Below, piece by piece: positions 1 through 11,360 of a stretch of DNA of 64,000 nucleotides. The translations under genes were made by a program, and so were the position numbers. The stretch's first letter is position 1, and each line of letters starts with the position of its first letter. Origin of the DNA: Eledone cirrhosa (taxonomy: Eukaryota); NCBI GenBank assembly GCA_964016885.1, contig CAXHJY010001222.1, positions 1 through 64,000 of the forward strand, given 5' to 3'. Under the pieces are notes generated by a model. The model was given only the letters and a program-made list of their open reading frames with translations, was not told where the DNA came from and ran no database searches.

Positions 1-862
1 CTATGTGTGTGTATATATTGAAGGGAGATACGGAAACTAAAACAGTGTTGTCATATAGAGAGTGAAGAGCAACAAAGAGAGTAAAGCAGTTAAATTATAG
101 AGAGGGGGAAGAGCGACGGAGAGAGTAAAGCTAAGAAACTATAGGGAGGTGTGTAGAATACATACATACATAATACATACATACGACGCTCAGCTTTATA
201 ATATTATAGATATATAGATGCTAAAATGGCTGACAATCTGCAAGATTTTTCAATGCAGTTTCAATTGTGTTATTAATTAACATTACTGGGTATTGTCTTC
301 CGAGTAATTACACGCTCACATAAACACACGCACAGCACGTGTGGGTATATACATACATATACGCACGCACAAACACAGCACGCGCGGGCATATGCATAGA
401 TATATACACACATGCACGCATACGCATGCGCGGGCATATATATGCACACATATATAAACACACATGCACAAATACATCACACACGCTTGCATACAAGCAC
501 ACGCTAATATATGCACATATACACAGACACAATGCACGTGTGGGCACATACATACACTCATACAAACAGTTACACGCAGACACACACGCGCACGCGAGCA
601 AGCACGTACATACATACACACACATGTATACTCACACGCACAGAAGCACACACACACACACACATACAGTCACACTAGGCACATACATATACACATAGAT
701 ACACGCATACACACACAGGCACGGATGCATGTCGGCACAAGCACACACTCACACACAACATACACATATGTACACCCATATACACACAAGCACGCATTCA
801 TGTGGGCACATTCACACACTCTCACACACACACGTACATTCTGAAACACACACGTGCATACT

Positions 863-933
<71 letters not shown>

Positions 934-985
934 GCACACACACATTCACATATACGCATGCACACAAAAAGACACACACACACAC

Positions 986-1034
<49 letters not shown>

Positions 1035-1038
<4 letters not shown>

Positions 1039-1114
1039 GTCGTCAAGTATGAAATTTGTAGAAATTTGGTTTTATTTCTAAAAATTTCTACAAATTTCAT
1101 ATTTGAACACCCGA
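1035..1114. mobile_element. 80-bp foldback mini-MITE, probably mariner/Tc1-derived, inside (TA)n
   Basis: Left arm ttgggtcgtcaagtatgaaatttgtagaaattt versus reverse complement of right arm tcgggtgttcaaatatgaaatttgtagaaattt; TA on both sides. Confidence 0.65.
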
Positions 1115-1116
1115 TA

Positions 1117-1200
<84 letters not shown>

Positions 1201-1242
1201 TATATATACATATATATATATATATACATACATATATATATA

Positions 1243-1344
<102 letters not shown>

Positions 1345-1660
1345 TATGTGTGTGTGTGTACATTTGTTTCTAAAACAGAGACAAATGTACACAGGCTCAT
1401 GTATAACAAAAGTGTTTCCATAAGATTCCTGTGTACACTAGTATGATTGACTGTAGACATGGAGTCTAGCAATATAGTCAAGCCTCTACACAAATAAATG
1501 TTAAGAACGACTTAGTTTCGGAGATCTATTTTCCTCTATTACTTAGCATTTGGCTTCTTTTTTTCTCTCTTCCTGAAATACTAATTTTTATTTTATTTCG
1601 TTGTGGGTGAGGGTGGCAAGAGGGGGGGGGGGGGGTTGTAGGAGGGGATAGATTGGAGGC

Positions 1661-1938
1661 TTTCTTCTTCTTCTTCTTCTTCTTCTTCTTCTTCTTCTTC
1701 TTCTTCTTCTTCTTCTTCTTCTTCTTCTTCTTCTTCTTTTTCTTCTTCTCTTTTTCCTCCTCCTCCTCTTCCTCCCCTTCTTCTTCTTCTTCTTCTTCTT
1801 CTTCTTCTTCTTCTTCTTCTTCTTCTCCTCCTCTTCCTTCTTCTTCTTCTTCTTCTTCTTCTTCTTCTTCTTCTTCTTCTTCTTCTTCTTCTTCTTCTTC
1901 TTCTTCTTCTCCTTCTTCTTCATCTTCTCCTTCTTCTT
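1661..1938. repeat. (TTC)n/(TCC)n trinucleotide microsatellite
   Basis: Direct inspection; source of the poly-F/S/K/R ORFs. Confidence 0.95.
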
Positions 1939-2810
1939 CATTTTGACCAATCGTAGTTCGCTTGAAAGAGTTTTAATTAAATTCTGTGTCACCTCATATA
2001 CAAATATGTGTGGCTGCGTGTGCCTTTTGTGTGTGTGTGTCCGTTCATGTGTTTTGTATATCTGTGCGTGTGTGTATTTTGTGTGAGTGTGTTTGCGTGT
2101 GCGTCCATGTGCTTTCGTGTGTGCGGTGTTTGTGCGTATGTGTATGTGTCTGTGTATTTTTGTGTGAGTTTGAATGTGTTTGTGTATGTGTGCGCCTCTA
2201 CGCCCCATGTGTGTCCGTATATATATATATATATATATATGTGTGGGCGCGTGTGTTTGTGTCTTTGTGTGTGTGGTGTGTATGTGTGTGATTTGGTGTA
2301 CATCTATGTAGTAAAATAGAATCTATGGTATCTAGTGATGGGATGCGTCTTTAAGTAGTACGACATAGGCACACAGTCGCACAGGCATATATATATATAT
2401 ATATGCAACTGCTTCTGTATGTGTGTGTATGTGTGTGTATTTATATGTATTTATGTCGTGTGTGTGTGTGCTACCTGACTGTATCTAGGTTTCTTAATGA
2501 CTGAATTCTACCATGAAATCAAATTTCATTACCGAAACTGAAGATTTTCTTTAATTTTCTGTTTTGACATACAGATGTACTGTGAATTTTTTTATTCGTA
2601 TAGTGCCGCTGAAAGGATATGATTTGTCAATCACAATACACTAGCACACACATACATGCACATAAATACGTTCTTTTACTCACACCCACACACATACATA
2701 TATACACGAACACACAGAAATATCTACATATATTGATACTATAACTTAGTAATTGAAAAACAATAATAATATGATCAGCTAGTTATGTCTAAACGTATCT
2801 ATCTATCTCT

Positions 2811-3372
2811 GTAGAACGACTATTGTCGCGGGTGGGACCAATCTTGTTGACCACCGAGTTCATTATCATGATCAAACCGCCACCTCCTTCAAAAACGAAG
2901 GAGAGGCGGTTTTCCTGTGTTATGGCTATGGTGAAAGAGGTTATATGGTGGACAAGGTTAAAAGGGCTGAAGTCAGACGCCTTTCTCTCCGGCGAACAAC
3001 TGATTCTTTTTTTTCAAATATCATTTTGAAAGAAGAATCAGGATGGAGAGAGACGCGCTGTACCCCAGCAAATTTTATAAAAGGTGGGTGAATGTGGCAA
3101 AGATAGCCCGAGTGGTTGGGCCTTCTCTCTATAAGCCTGTAGGTTGAGGAAAAAGAGAAAGAGAGGAGGGAAGTACACACTCTTGGTGCTCCTGGAGATG
3201 AGGGTTGTACATTTTTTCGGGGTGTGTACAACCCCTGTCTAACGCCTCCCCCTTATTGGGGATTTCAATTGTTATTTGTTATTTTATTAATAGTTTTATT
3301 TTCATATACCTGTATGTAAACTCTCCATTTGTATTTGGCCCCTTCTTTTGTGCCCTTGTGGCAAAAAAAGAA
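2811..3372 (+). mobile_element. 5'-truncated Tx1-like LINE, copy 1 (ORF2 C-terminus plus 3' UTR)
   Basis: Encodes SRVGPILLTTEFIIMIKPPP..MVKEVIWWTRLKGL, homologous to the ORF2 end of copies 3 and 4; ends gcccttgtggcaaaaaaagaa; tatctatctatct upstream, tatctatct downstream. Confidence 0.9.
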
Positions 3373-3381
3373 TTTTATCTA

Positions 3382-3634
3382 TCTCTGTATATAAACCTGT
3401 AGGTTGAAGAGAGCAAAAGGAAGAAAGAGCACTTGCACAACACGCTCCTGAAGTTGAGGGTTGTTCTATCGACGGGGTATTAAACAAACCATTTGTGGCG
3501 CCTCCCCCTATTGGGGATTTCGATTGTTAAATTTGTTTGTTTTAATAATATTTTTACACGATTGTATGTAAAATCCGCGGCATATGTCTTCGTATTGTTC
3601 CCTTTTCTTGTGCGCCCTTGTGGCAAATAAAGAA
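3382..3634 (+). mobile_element. 5'-truncated Tx1-like LINE, copy 2 (essentially 3' UTR only)
   Basis: Near-identical to the copy 3 3' end (7680-7922); ends gcccttgtggcaaataaagaa followed by ctctatctatctatc. Confidence 0.9.
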
Positions 3635-3649
3635 CTCTATCTATCTATC

Positions 3650-6600
3650 CAACACTGCCACAATCACACACACAAATACACCATCACCACACAACATACC
3701 CCTCCCACATGCCCTTGATGACGATTCATCACCAGACGAGGCTACTTCTCAATCCCCAAGTGAAGATTAAGGAGAGCCTCGGAAATAAAAAAAAACAAAA
3801 AAAAGAGACACCGCAAAGCCACAAAAACAACAATCAACAACACGAACACACAACCATCAACACGAACAACAACACAAACACCACCACAATCACCCTCCCC
3901 GCCCCCTACCAGCAAAACAAACACCAACATCACCCCAAACACAAATGCCCACCATAAAAAGAAAACTACAAAATGAACAACAAACCAAAACAACACAACA
4001 AAAAACAAACACCAAACACATACATTAACACAAACAACAAAAACCTATTGGAGGTCATCTCCCAAGACCACAAAGTAGAAACTGAGGGGAAAAATTTTGT
4101 AAAAGATGACTCTCAACCACACCTAAAACTAATAAGGGTTTCAATAGAAACCTATCAGAAATTGAAATAACAGTTTTCACAGGACGTTGGCAACCCCTGC
4201 CAAAAACCAATAAACCGTGTCCTATTGAAATGTTTCCCCACCCCAATCAACACCCTCACCAGAACTGAAATGGAGATTGAACAACCCGATCTCCAGGAAA
4301 CGAAAAAATAAGTGCGTCTTTTCGTCCTTTTCGCCAACTCTTCTCCACCAACATGGCAGACTTACGAGTTGAAAGCGTGAATCTGCGTGGCCTACGGATG
4401 CCCTGGAAACAGGGCCAACTTTTAAACGACTTTAGGTCACACGGTATAGATGTAATAGTCATCACCGAGTCCAGGATCTACAACAGGCAGCAACTAACCC
4501 CCATCTTCAATGACTTTGAGATCTACGCATCTCTCTGTCAGCCGGGAGGTGGAGGGGGAGTGACTGTCATGTTTCGGAAAAAACAGGATCTCGAAGTACA
4601 GCAAGTACACTTGGACCCGGAGGGTAGACTGGTAGTCCTAGACGTAAACAGTATTGGAGGTTGAGCCTTCAGACTGGTGGCCGTTTATGCCCCGACCGGG
4701 CAATCACAATCGCGGCCAGACTTCTTTAAGTGTCTAGAGTCTTTTCTAGGAACATCTCGCTCCTTGCTTTTAGTGGGGGACTGGAATGGTATCCTAGGTT
4801 CATGATGGGACTATGTGCGAGCATGTCCCAGTAGAGCGGGGTGCAACAGCTGCAAAAATCTAATCGGCCAATTCCAACAGGCCGATAGATATCGAATAGA
4901 TTTCCCGACTACACCACAGTGGACGTGGGCAAAACGCAGTGGGACATCTAGATCGTATCTAGATAGGTTTTTCATTAGAGAGAAGGAGAAGATGTTAAGC
5001 TCTCCACAAATGCACATGGTTACCTATTCATATCACAAACTAGTCGTCTGCATAGTCAACCGTGATAGAATACATAGACAGGGACCCGGATACTGGAAGC
5101 TGAACGTGTCTTTGCCGGCGCGAAAGCCTACAGTAAGCGGATAAGTAGATTAGTTAAGCAAGAGTTCACGGGAGCCATCGTCAACTATAGATGGTGGTAC
5201 TCTCTCAAGAAAGCAATTAGAGTAGAATCGATAGGGTTTAGCAGTGAATTAGCTTTAGAGAAAAACAAATCAGAAACAGAACTAGTAGCCAAGGTAGAGG
5301 AGGCGCTTAGGAGTGACAACGCAGCTAGAGTACTAGCATCGAGAACGGCACTGGACCAGTTCTTCGACGCGAAACACGAAGGCTGCGTGGTTAGAAGTAA
5401 ATCACGTGCTCTAGGAAACGAGGGAGCAAAAGCTGTTAGCTGGGCCTTAGTGGCGGAAGCGAAAAGTGGCAACAAGTCCACGATTCGGTGTTTGAAAGAC
5501 CAAAACGGACGCGTACTACTTGACCCCAAGCGGATGTGCGCGGCCTTTCAGCGGCACTTTGCGCAACTGTTCGGGCAGAGTGGCGGTGCATCGAACAGGG
5601 GAATGGACTTTGGTTCAAACCTCGACGGCCTGCCGCGTCTCCCGAGCATGGACGCCGAGTTCTGCGAAGGACCGATCACAGCCACTGAGATACGGGACGC
5701 TCTGGACCGCTAGGGAAACGCAAGTCACCCGGTCTAGATGGCCTACCCTATGAGTTTTACATAGGCATGCCGGACTTGTTCTCTGGCGTCCTCGAAGCCG
5801 TCTACTGCAATTGGCAGCAGGACGGGAGAATTCCCAGTTCTGCAGGCAGGGGCGTAGTAACGATGATCAGGAAAGACGCGAACAAGGGGGACGAACTAAG
5901 CAACTTTAGGCTTAACTATGCTCAACACAGAGTTGAAGATTTTGGCCAAGGTGTTGGCAACGAGGTTGGCGCTTGTCGTTGAGAATCTGGTAGGGAAATC
6001 GCAAGCGTGTGCAATCCCGACAAGGTCCATACACGACAACTCCCACCTCATGCTATACATCATAGAGAGGGTGGGGTCTAAACGGCCGGTTTAGGTACCG
6101 TCTTCAGAGGCTGGATCGCCGCAATGCACACCAACATCTGCTCGATGGTCAAGGTGAACGGCTACCTCTCGGAACCGTTCGCAATCGCACGTTCCATCCG
6201 ACAGGGATGACCTCGCTCCTCTATTCTGTACGTACTGACTCTGGAGCCACTACTGCGGAAGCTAGAGCTGCAGAACATTCCGTTGGAACCGGGACTGCGG
6301 AAAGCGGCTTCGGTTTATGCCAACGACGTGACGGTAATGCTGTCGGAAGCCTTCGAAATCGGGGTGATCGGCAACTTACTGCAGGAATATGAAAGTCTCA
6401 CAGGAGCAAAACTAAACCCGGACAAGTCTGTGGATTTGCAACTCGGAACGTGGAGAGGCAAACCGATGCCGTCCAACAGTGTCGTCGGACGCCGGACGGA
6501 CGGACCGGTGAAATTGCTCGGGGTCTGGTTCGGTCCAGACCTCCAGGTGGAGAAAAACTGGAACGAGGTCACGGCCAAGGTGTTTGCGCTTACCCAGAAA

Positions 6601-7922
6601 TGGGCAGAGTGCAAACTATCCTTGAAAAGTCGAGCGGAGGTGGCGAACATTTTCATAGAGTCCGTCATCTATTACTGCTTGAACGTTGTGCCTTGTCCAC
6701 GTGAACACCTTACCAACATGGAACGCATGATCTTCCAGTTCCTTTCGAAGAAGCAGGCTCCACTGGTGAGGAGTCCAGTCTGCTGTCAGCACCCTTCCAA
6801 CGGAGGGCTGGGAATGTCATGGGTGATGATGCGCAAGCATGCGCTGAGGCTACGACATCTACAGGAATACCTCACCGACCCCCAACCGGTGTGGGCACCG
6901 TTTGTGAGACAGGCCTTCCCGCAACTTGTCTCGCTAATGGAATTGCAGTCCTGGGTCAAGCGAAGACCGAAGAAGATGGGCGCCTGGCACATTGAATGTG
7001 CTCAGGCGCTCACAGTCCTCTGTCAAGCGGGCACGGCAATCACTGGAGGCTCCACTTCGACATTCTATAGAGGGTTAGTACGTCACAAGTGTCACGACGT
7101 GCTCGGTGAGACTCTAGCCGTCGAAGACGACGAACTGACCAGTCTGTTTGGTAGGACTTTCCGCCCGGGAGCCATGGACAACTTCCAGAGGTCCCTGGCC
7201 TGGAACTGCTACCGAGGAGTTCTACCAGTTCGTGACAAGATCTACAGGTACGGACGCCCCGGCAGAGATCCTTCCAAGAGGACGTGTCCAAGATGCCCGC
7301 AGGACATCCCACACGCAATTGTACACTGCCAGGGCGTAACCGACCTGTGGAACTACGGGGAACAACTTCTGTCGCGTATGGTACAAATCCAGTTGACTGC
7401 CGAGTCCATAGTAAGGATCAAACCGCCAACTTCTTTCAAAAACGAAAGAGAGGCGGTTTTCCTCTGTATCGAGGCTATGTTGAAAGAGGTTATATGGTGG
7501 ACGAGATTGAGAGGACTGAGAACAGATGCCATTCTCTCCGGACAACAACTCATTCCCTTCTTTAGATCCCACTTTAGAAGGAGAATCAGAGTGGAGAGAG
7601 GGGCACTGCACCCCAGTAAATTTACTGAAAGTTGGGTGAATGTAGCAAAAATGGCCCGAGTGATTGGGCCTTCTCTATTTATAAGCGTGTAGGTTGAAGA
7701 AGAGTGCACAAAGAAGAAAGGAGCACTTGCACAACACGCTCCTGAAGTTGAGGGTTGTTCTATCGACGGGGTATTAAAAAACCCATTAGTGCCCCCCCCC
7801 CCTATTTCGATTGTTAAATTTGTTTGTTTTAATAATATTTTTACACGATTGTATGTAAAATCCGCGGCATATGTCTTCGTATTGTTCCCTTTTCTTGTGC
7901 GCCCTTGTGGCAAATAAAGAAA
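3650..7922 (+). mobile_element. Tx1-like LINE, copy 3 (5'-truncated within ORF1, inactivated)
   Basis: ORF1 C-terminal remnant (stop ~4309-4311), ORF2 from ATG 4353 to TAG 7692, then 3' UTR ending gtggcaaataaagaaa followed by tctatctatct. Confidence 0.93.
4353..7692 (+). pseudogene. Disrupted ORF2 (APE endonuclease + RT + C-terminal CCHC)
   Basis: Motifs NLRGL, ITESR, GDWN, SYLDRF, PGLDGLP, KLLGVWF, CPRC; multiple stops and frameshifts; YAND instead of YADD; deletion near 6080 removes DQSKAFDRVDH. Confidence 0.9.
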
Positions 7923-8159
7923 TCTATCTATCTATATATCTATTCATTCGTAATCTTACACCCATGCACAAAAGAACGCAAACAATACAGACACACACAC
8001 TCACATACACACACATGCACACACATCTACACCTACACCTACATCTACATTTATACGTGCACATACATATCTATGTGTGTATGTATATTTAGACACACAC
8101 ACACACACGAACACACATACACACACGAACACACACACACATGCACACACACACACGCG

Positions 8160-8203
<44 letters not shown>

Positions 8204-8974
8204 TACACTTCTACATTTAAACTTACATCTACATCTACATATATATGTACACATATACATATGTATGTATATTTAGGTAATTTGCCAGTAATTATTGGCA
8301 TTATGTATATTTTCCTTCCATCATTTGATCCAAGGAGACAAAAGAAACGGTCCCATTATATAAAATGTTCTTGGATGTCTCTCAGTGTACAAGTGAAGAC
8401 AGACTAGCATTTCTTTAAACCATATTCAATATAATTTTTTTATCATTTTATCTGGCCAGATATTGTTCATATTTAGAAGTCTGATCGAAGTCTGCTATAA
8501 TTTTCAACGTTATTTATGAATGCCACGTGTATATATGTGTATATATATATTTAAATATATTGGTATATATGTTATCGATATTGGCACCCTTTGCGTATAT
8601 TTGCCAGGAAATGTATTGTATGTATTGTATCATCTATATGTATAGATATGTATACGTGAGTGAGAGTGTATTTGTGAGCACGTGTGTATGATGCATAATA
8701 ATAGAAATCTTTATATGTGTACGTATGTCTGTGTGTGTGTGTGTGTGTGTGTTTTCATTTAACAATGAATTATTCAAACAGAACTGAAAATGCTAAGTTC
8801 TGGTTTTGAATATGTCGCTATCTGTAAAACAACTTTTGTATTTTATCTGATGAGTGCGTACCAAAAATGTTGGTAACCTTGAAATATATATAATAAAATA
8901 AATATGGTTTTATAAAGATAGTTTCCATTTATTAATATTATTGATATATATATATATATATATATGAATACATT

Positions 8975-9252
8975 TAGTCCTTCATCAGTGATCTTCCAAC
9001 CTTCATTCGTATTTCATCGCTTTAAAGACCATATACCTCCGGTTGGTGCGAGCAACGGGTAAAGAAAGTCGTTGGGACACGTAAATAAGGGGAACGAGCG
9101 AGACAGTAAACAATCAAAGATGGTAATGCAACGAAAAGTGAGGAAGAAGGAGTCAAGTCCCTGAAATCGATGAACATAAGTTCTGTGAAATCGTGGACGA
9201 GAGAGAATAAAGACCATCGAACCTGGTCGAAATGTGAGTAAGGAAAGAATTT

Positions 9253-9255
<3 letters not shown>
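8975..9255 (-). repeat. Dispersed repeat fragment in (TA)n, homologous to 26512-27105
   Basis: tagtccttcatcagtgatcttccaa..ggttggtgcgagcaa matches 26571-26651; the - strand contains ctgatgaaggact. Confidence 0.65.
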
Positions 9256-9304
<49 letters not shown>

Positions 9305-9404
9305 AATATAGACATAGAATATTCGAAAATATTCTGTATGTTTATAATAAACATTTTGAAGACCTAATCGCTATAGAATAGAATACGTCACGTATTACAA
9401 TTAG

Positions 9405-9493
9405 ATTCTCGATAAAAGCAAGGGAAGTAATCTACGCGTTTCATTCTTGTTAGAAATCTTCAGGACTACATATCCAGTGCTTTTATCGAGAAT
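9405..9493 (-). ncRNA. Type I hammerhead ribozyme, unit 1
   Basis: - strand: GUAGUC-CUGAAGA-U-UUCU-AACA-AGAA-U-GAAA-CGCG-UA^GAUUAC. Stem I GUAGUC/GAUUAC extends past an internal loop into a perfect 16-bp helix (attctcgataaaagca/tgcttttatcgagaat). Predicted cleavage between 9433 and 9432. Confidence 0.82.
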
Positions 9494-9714
9494 GACACAG
9501 CTAGAGACTTATAGAATACTTAGCTGTGTACAGGAACTGGTTTGAAAGAGCGGTTGCCGGTCCGGCAGAAATTAGAAATTGGAATAAATGCTCTGAAATA
9601 GCGATATATATGTGAATATAGACATAGAATATTCGAAAATATTCTGTATGTTTATAATAAACATTTTGAAGACCTAATCGCTATAGAATAGAATACGTCA
9701 CGTATTACAATTAG

Positions 9715-9803
9715 ATTCTCGATAAAAGCAAGGGAAGTAATCTACGCGTTTCATTCTTGTTAGAAATCTTCAGGACTACATATCCAGTGCTTTTATCGAG
9801 AAT
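9715..9803 (-). ncRNA. Type I hammerhead ribozyme, unit 2
   Basis: Same sequence as unit 1, offset +310. Confidence 0.82.
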
Positions 9804-10024
9804 GACACAGCTAGAGACTTATAGAATACTTAGCTGTGTACAGGAACTGGTTTGAAAGAGCGGTTGCCGGTCCGGCAGAAATTAGAAATTGGAATAAATG
9901 CTCTGAAATAGCGATATATATGTGAATATAGACATAGAATATTCGAAAATATTCTGTATGTTTATAATAAACATTTTGAAGACCTAATCGCTATAGAATA
10001 GAATACGTCACGTATTACAATTAG

Positions 10025-10113
10025 ATTCTCGATAAAAGCAAGGGAAGTAATCTACGCGTTTCATTCTTGTTAGAAATCTTCAGGACTACATATCCAGTGC
10101 TTTTATCGAGAAT
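10025..10113 (-). ncRNA. Type I hammerhead ribozyme, unit 3
   Basis: Same sequence as unit 1, offset +620. Confidence 0.82.
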
Positions 10114-10279
10114 GACACAGCTAGAGACTTATAGAATACTTAGCTGTGTACAGGAACTGGTTTGAAAGAGCGGTTGCCGGTCCGGCAGAAATTAGAAATT
10201 GGAATAAATGCTCTGAAATAGCGATATATATGTGAATATAGACATAGAATATTCGAATATATATATATATATATATATA

Positions 10280-10490
10280 AAACGAAGGAAATGTGTTAAG
10301 GAACCAGATGGACCATAACGCACCAAAGTACTCAATACTTAGTGTAGTAGGATGGGTAATAGGAACGAGTAAGACCCCGACGGCTGAGCTCAAGTCGTTT
10401 CGACGGCTAATTCTGGACTAAAATCATTTTAGTCCAGAATTAGCCGTCGAAACGGCTTGAGCTCAGCCGTCGGGGTCCTACTCGTTCCTA
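10280..10490 (-). mobile_element. (TA)n-embedded element: ~130-bp palindrome plus ~80-bp tail
   Basis: taggaacgagtaagaccccgacggctgagctc..ctggactaaaat-c-attttagtccag..gagctcagccgtcggggtcctactcgttccta; homologous to 23743-23885 and 26284-26485. Confidence 0.75.
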
Positions 10491-10589
10491 TATATATATA
10501 TATAAATATACCGACTCTGCATCTTCCCATGCACTGAGTACGCCCATGATTTGCAACAGACACACACACTCTCTCTCTCTGTCTCCCTG

Positions 10590-10674
<85 letters not shown>

Positions 10675-11139
10675 GTAGATAGAAAGTGAGAAGGAATGGA
10701 GAGATAAATAAATAGATAGAGATAGTTGGTTAGAGAGAGAAAGAAGTAGTCACGTTAGTGAGTGAAAACACTTCAATCAGCTGTAATTATACTTGAATTT
10801 AGAAGGAGAATATTGCCATCTAGCGGGGTTTGAAATCTATAAACCACAAACAAGAGAGATAACACGAATAATATGTGACAAGAGAAACATTTGGAAAATG
10901 CAAACATTGTAGATGAAGGAAGATCATGATTAGAAATTCAATTGCTTTAAATCATCAGACATGTTTCGTACTGATTAATTCTCATCAGCATACTCAGCAC
11001 ATCCACTAAATATCGACTCAAATTTATTAGTACATATACAAATAGTTTTTGGTTTCTAACTGCGATATACGTTAATGAATGATTTTCAACGTATTTTATT
11101 TTATATATGGCAACATTAATTGATCTGTTATTTTTCTCT

Positions 11140-11340
11140 AAAACCTTTTTTACGCTTCCGTCGTGCTCGTCTCCTGAATCTTTCTATTTCTTCTTTAATT
11201 TCTCGTCATTCTTTTTTTCTGATGAAGGACTAGCGTCCGAAACGTTAATACTCTTTTCCTACTATATTAAACGTAAAACTAAACATTTATTTCTTCATTG
11301 TACTGTGTCGTTTACTTTGATATTTCTATTTGCCTTTTGC
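11140..11340 (+). repeat. Penelope-like 3' fragment with a hammerhead-like motif
   Basis: ctgatga-a-ggac-tagc-gtcc-gaaa-cgtta at 11219-11247; ends at (TA)n; stem I weak. Confidence 0.5.
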
Positions 11341-11360
11341 ATATATATATACATATATAT

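Larger units (their letters stand above)
9295..10257 (-). mobile_element. Tandem array of ~3.1 x 310-bp units, each with a type I hammerhead ribozyme (retrozyme-like)
   Basis: tgtgaatatagacatag recurs at 9301, 9611, 9921 and 10231; units look identical; (TA)n on both flanks; hammerhead in each unit. Confidence 0.85.

Noticed and set aside
2475-2608. Possible - strand exon bounded by tttcAG and GTagc
   Set aside because: All three frames contain stops.
8847-8870. CUGAUGA motifs here and at ~40032
   Set aside because: No stem II-GAAA-UH completion.
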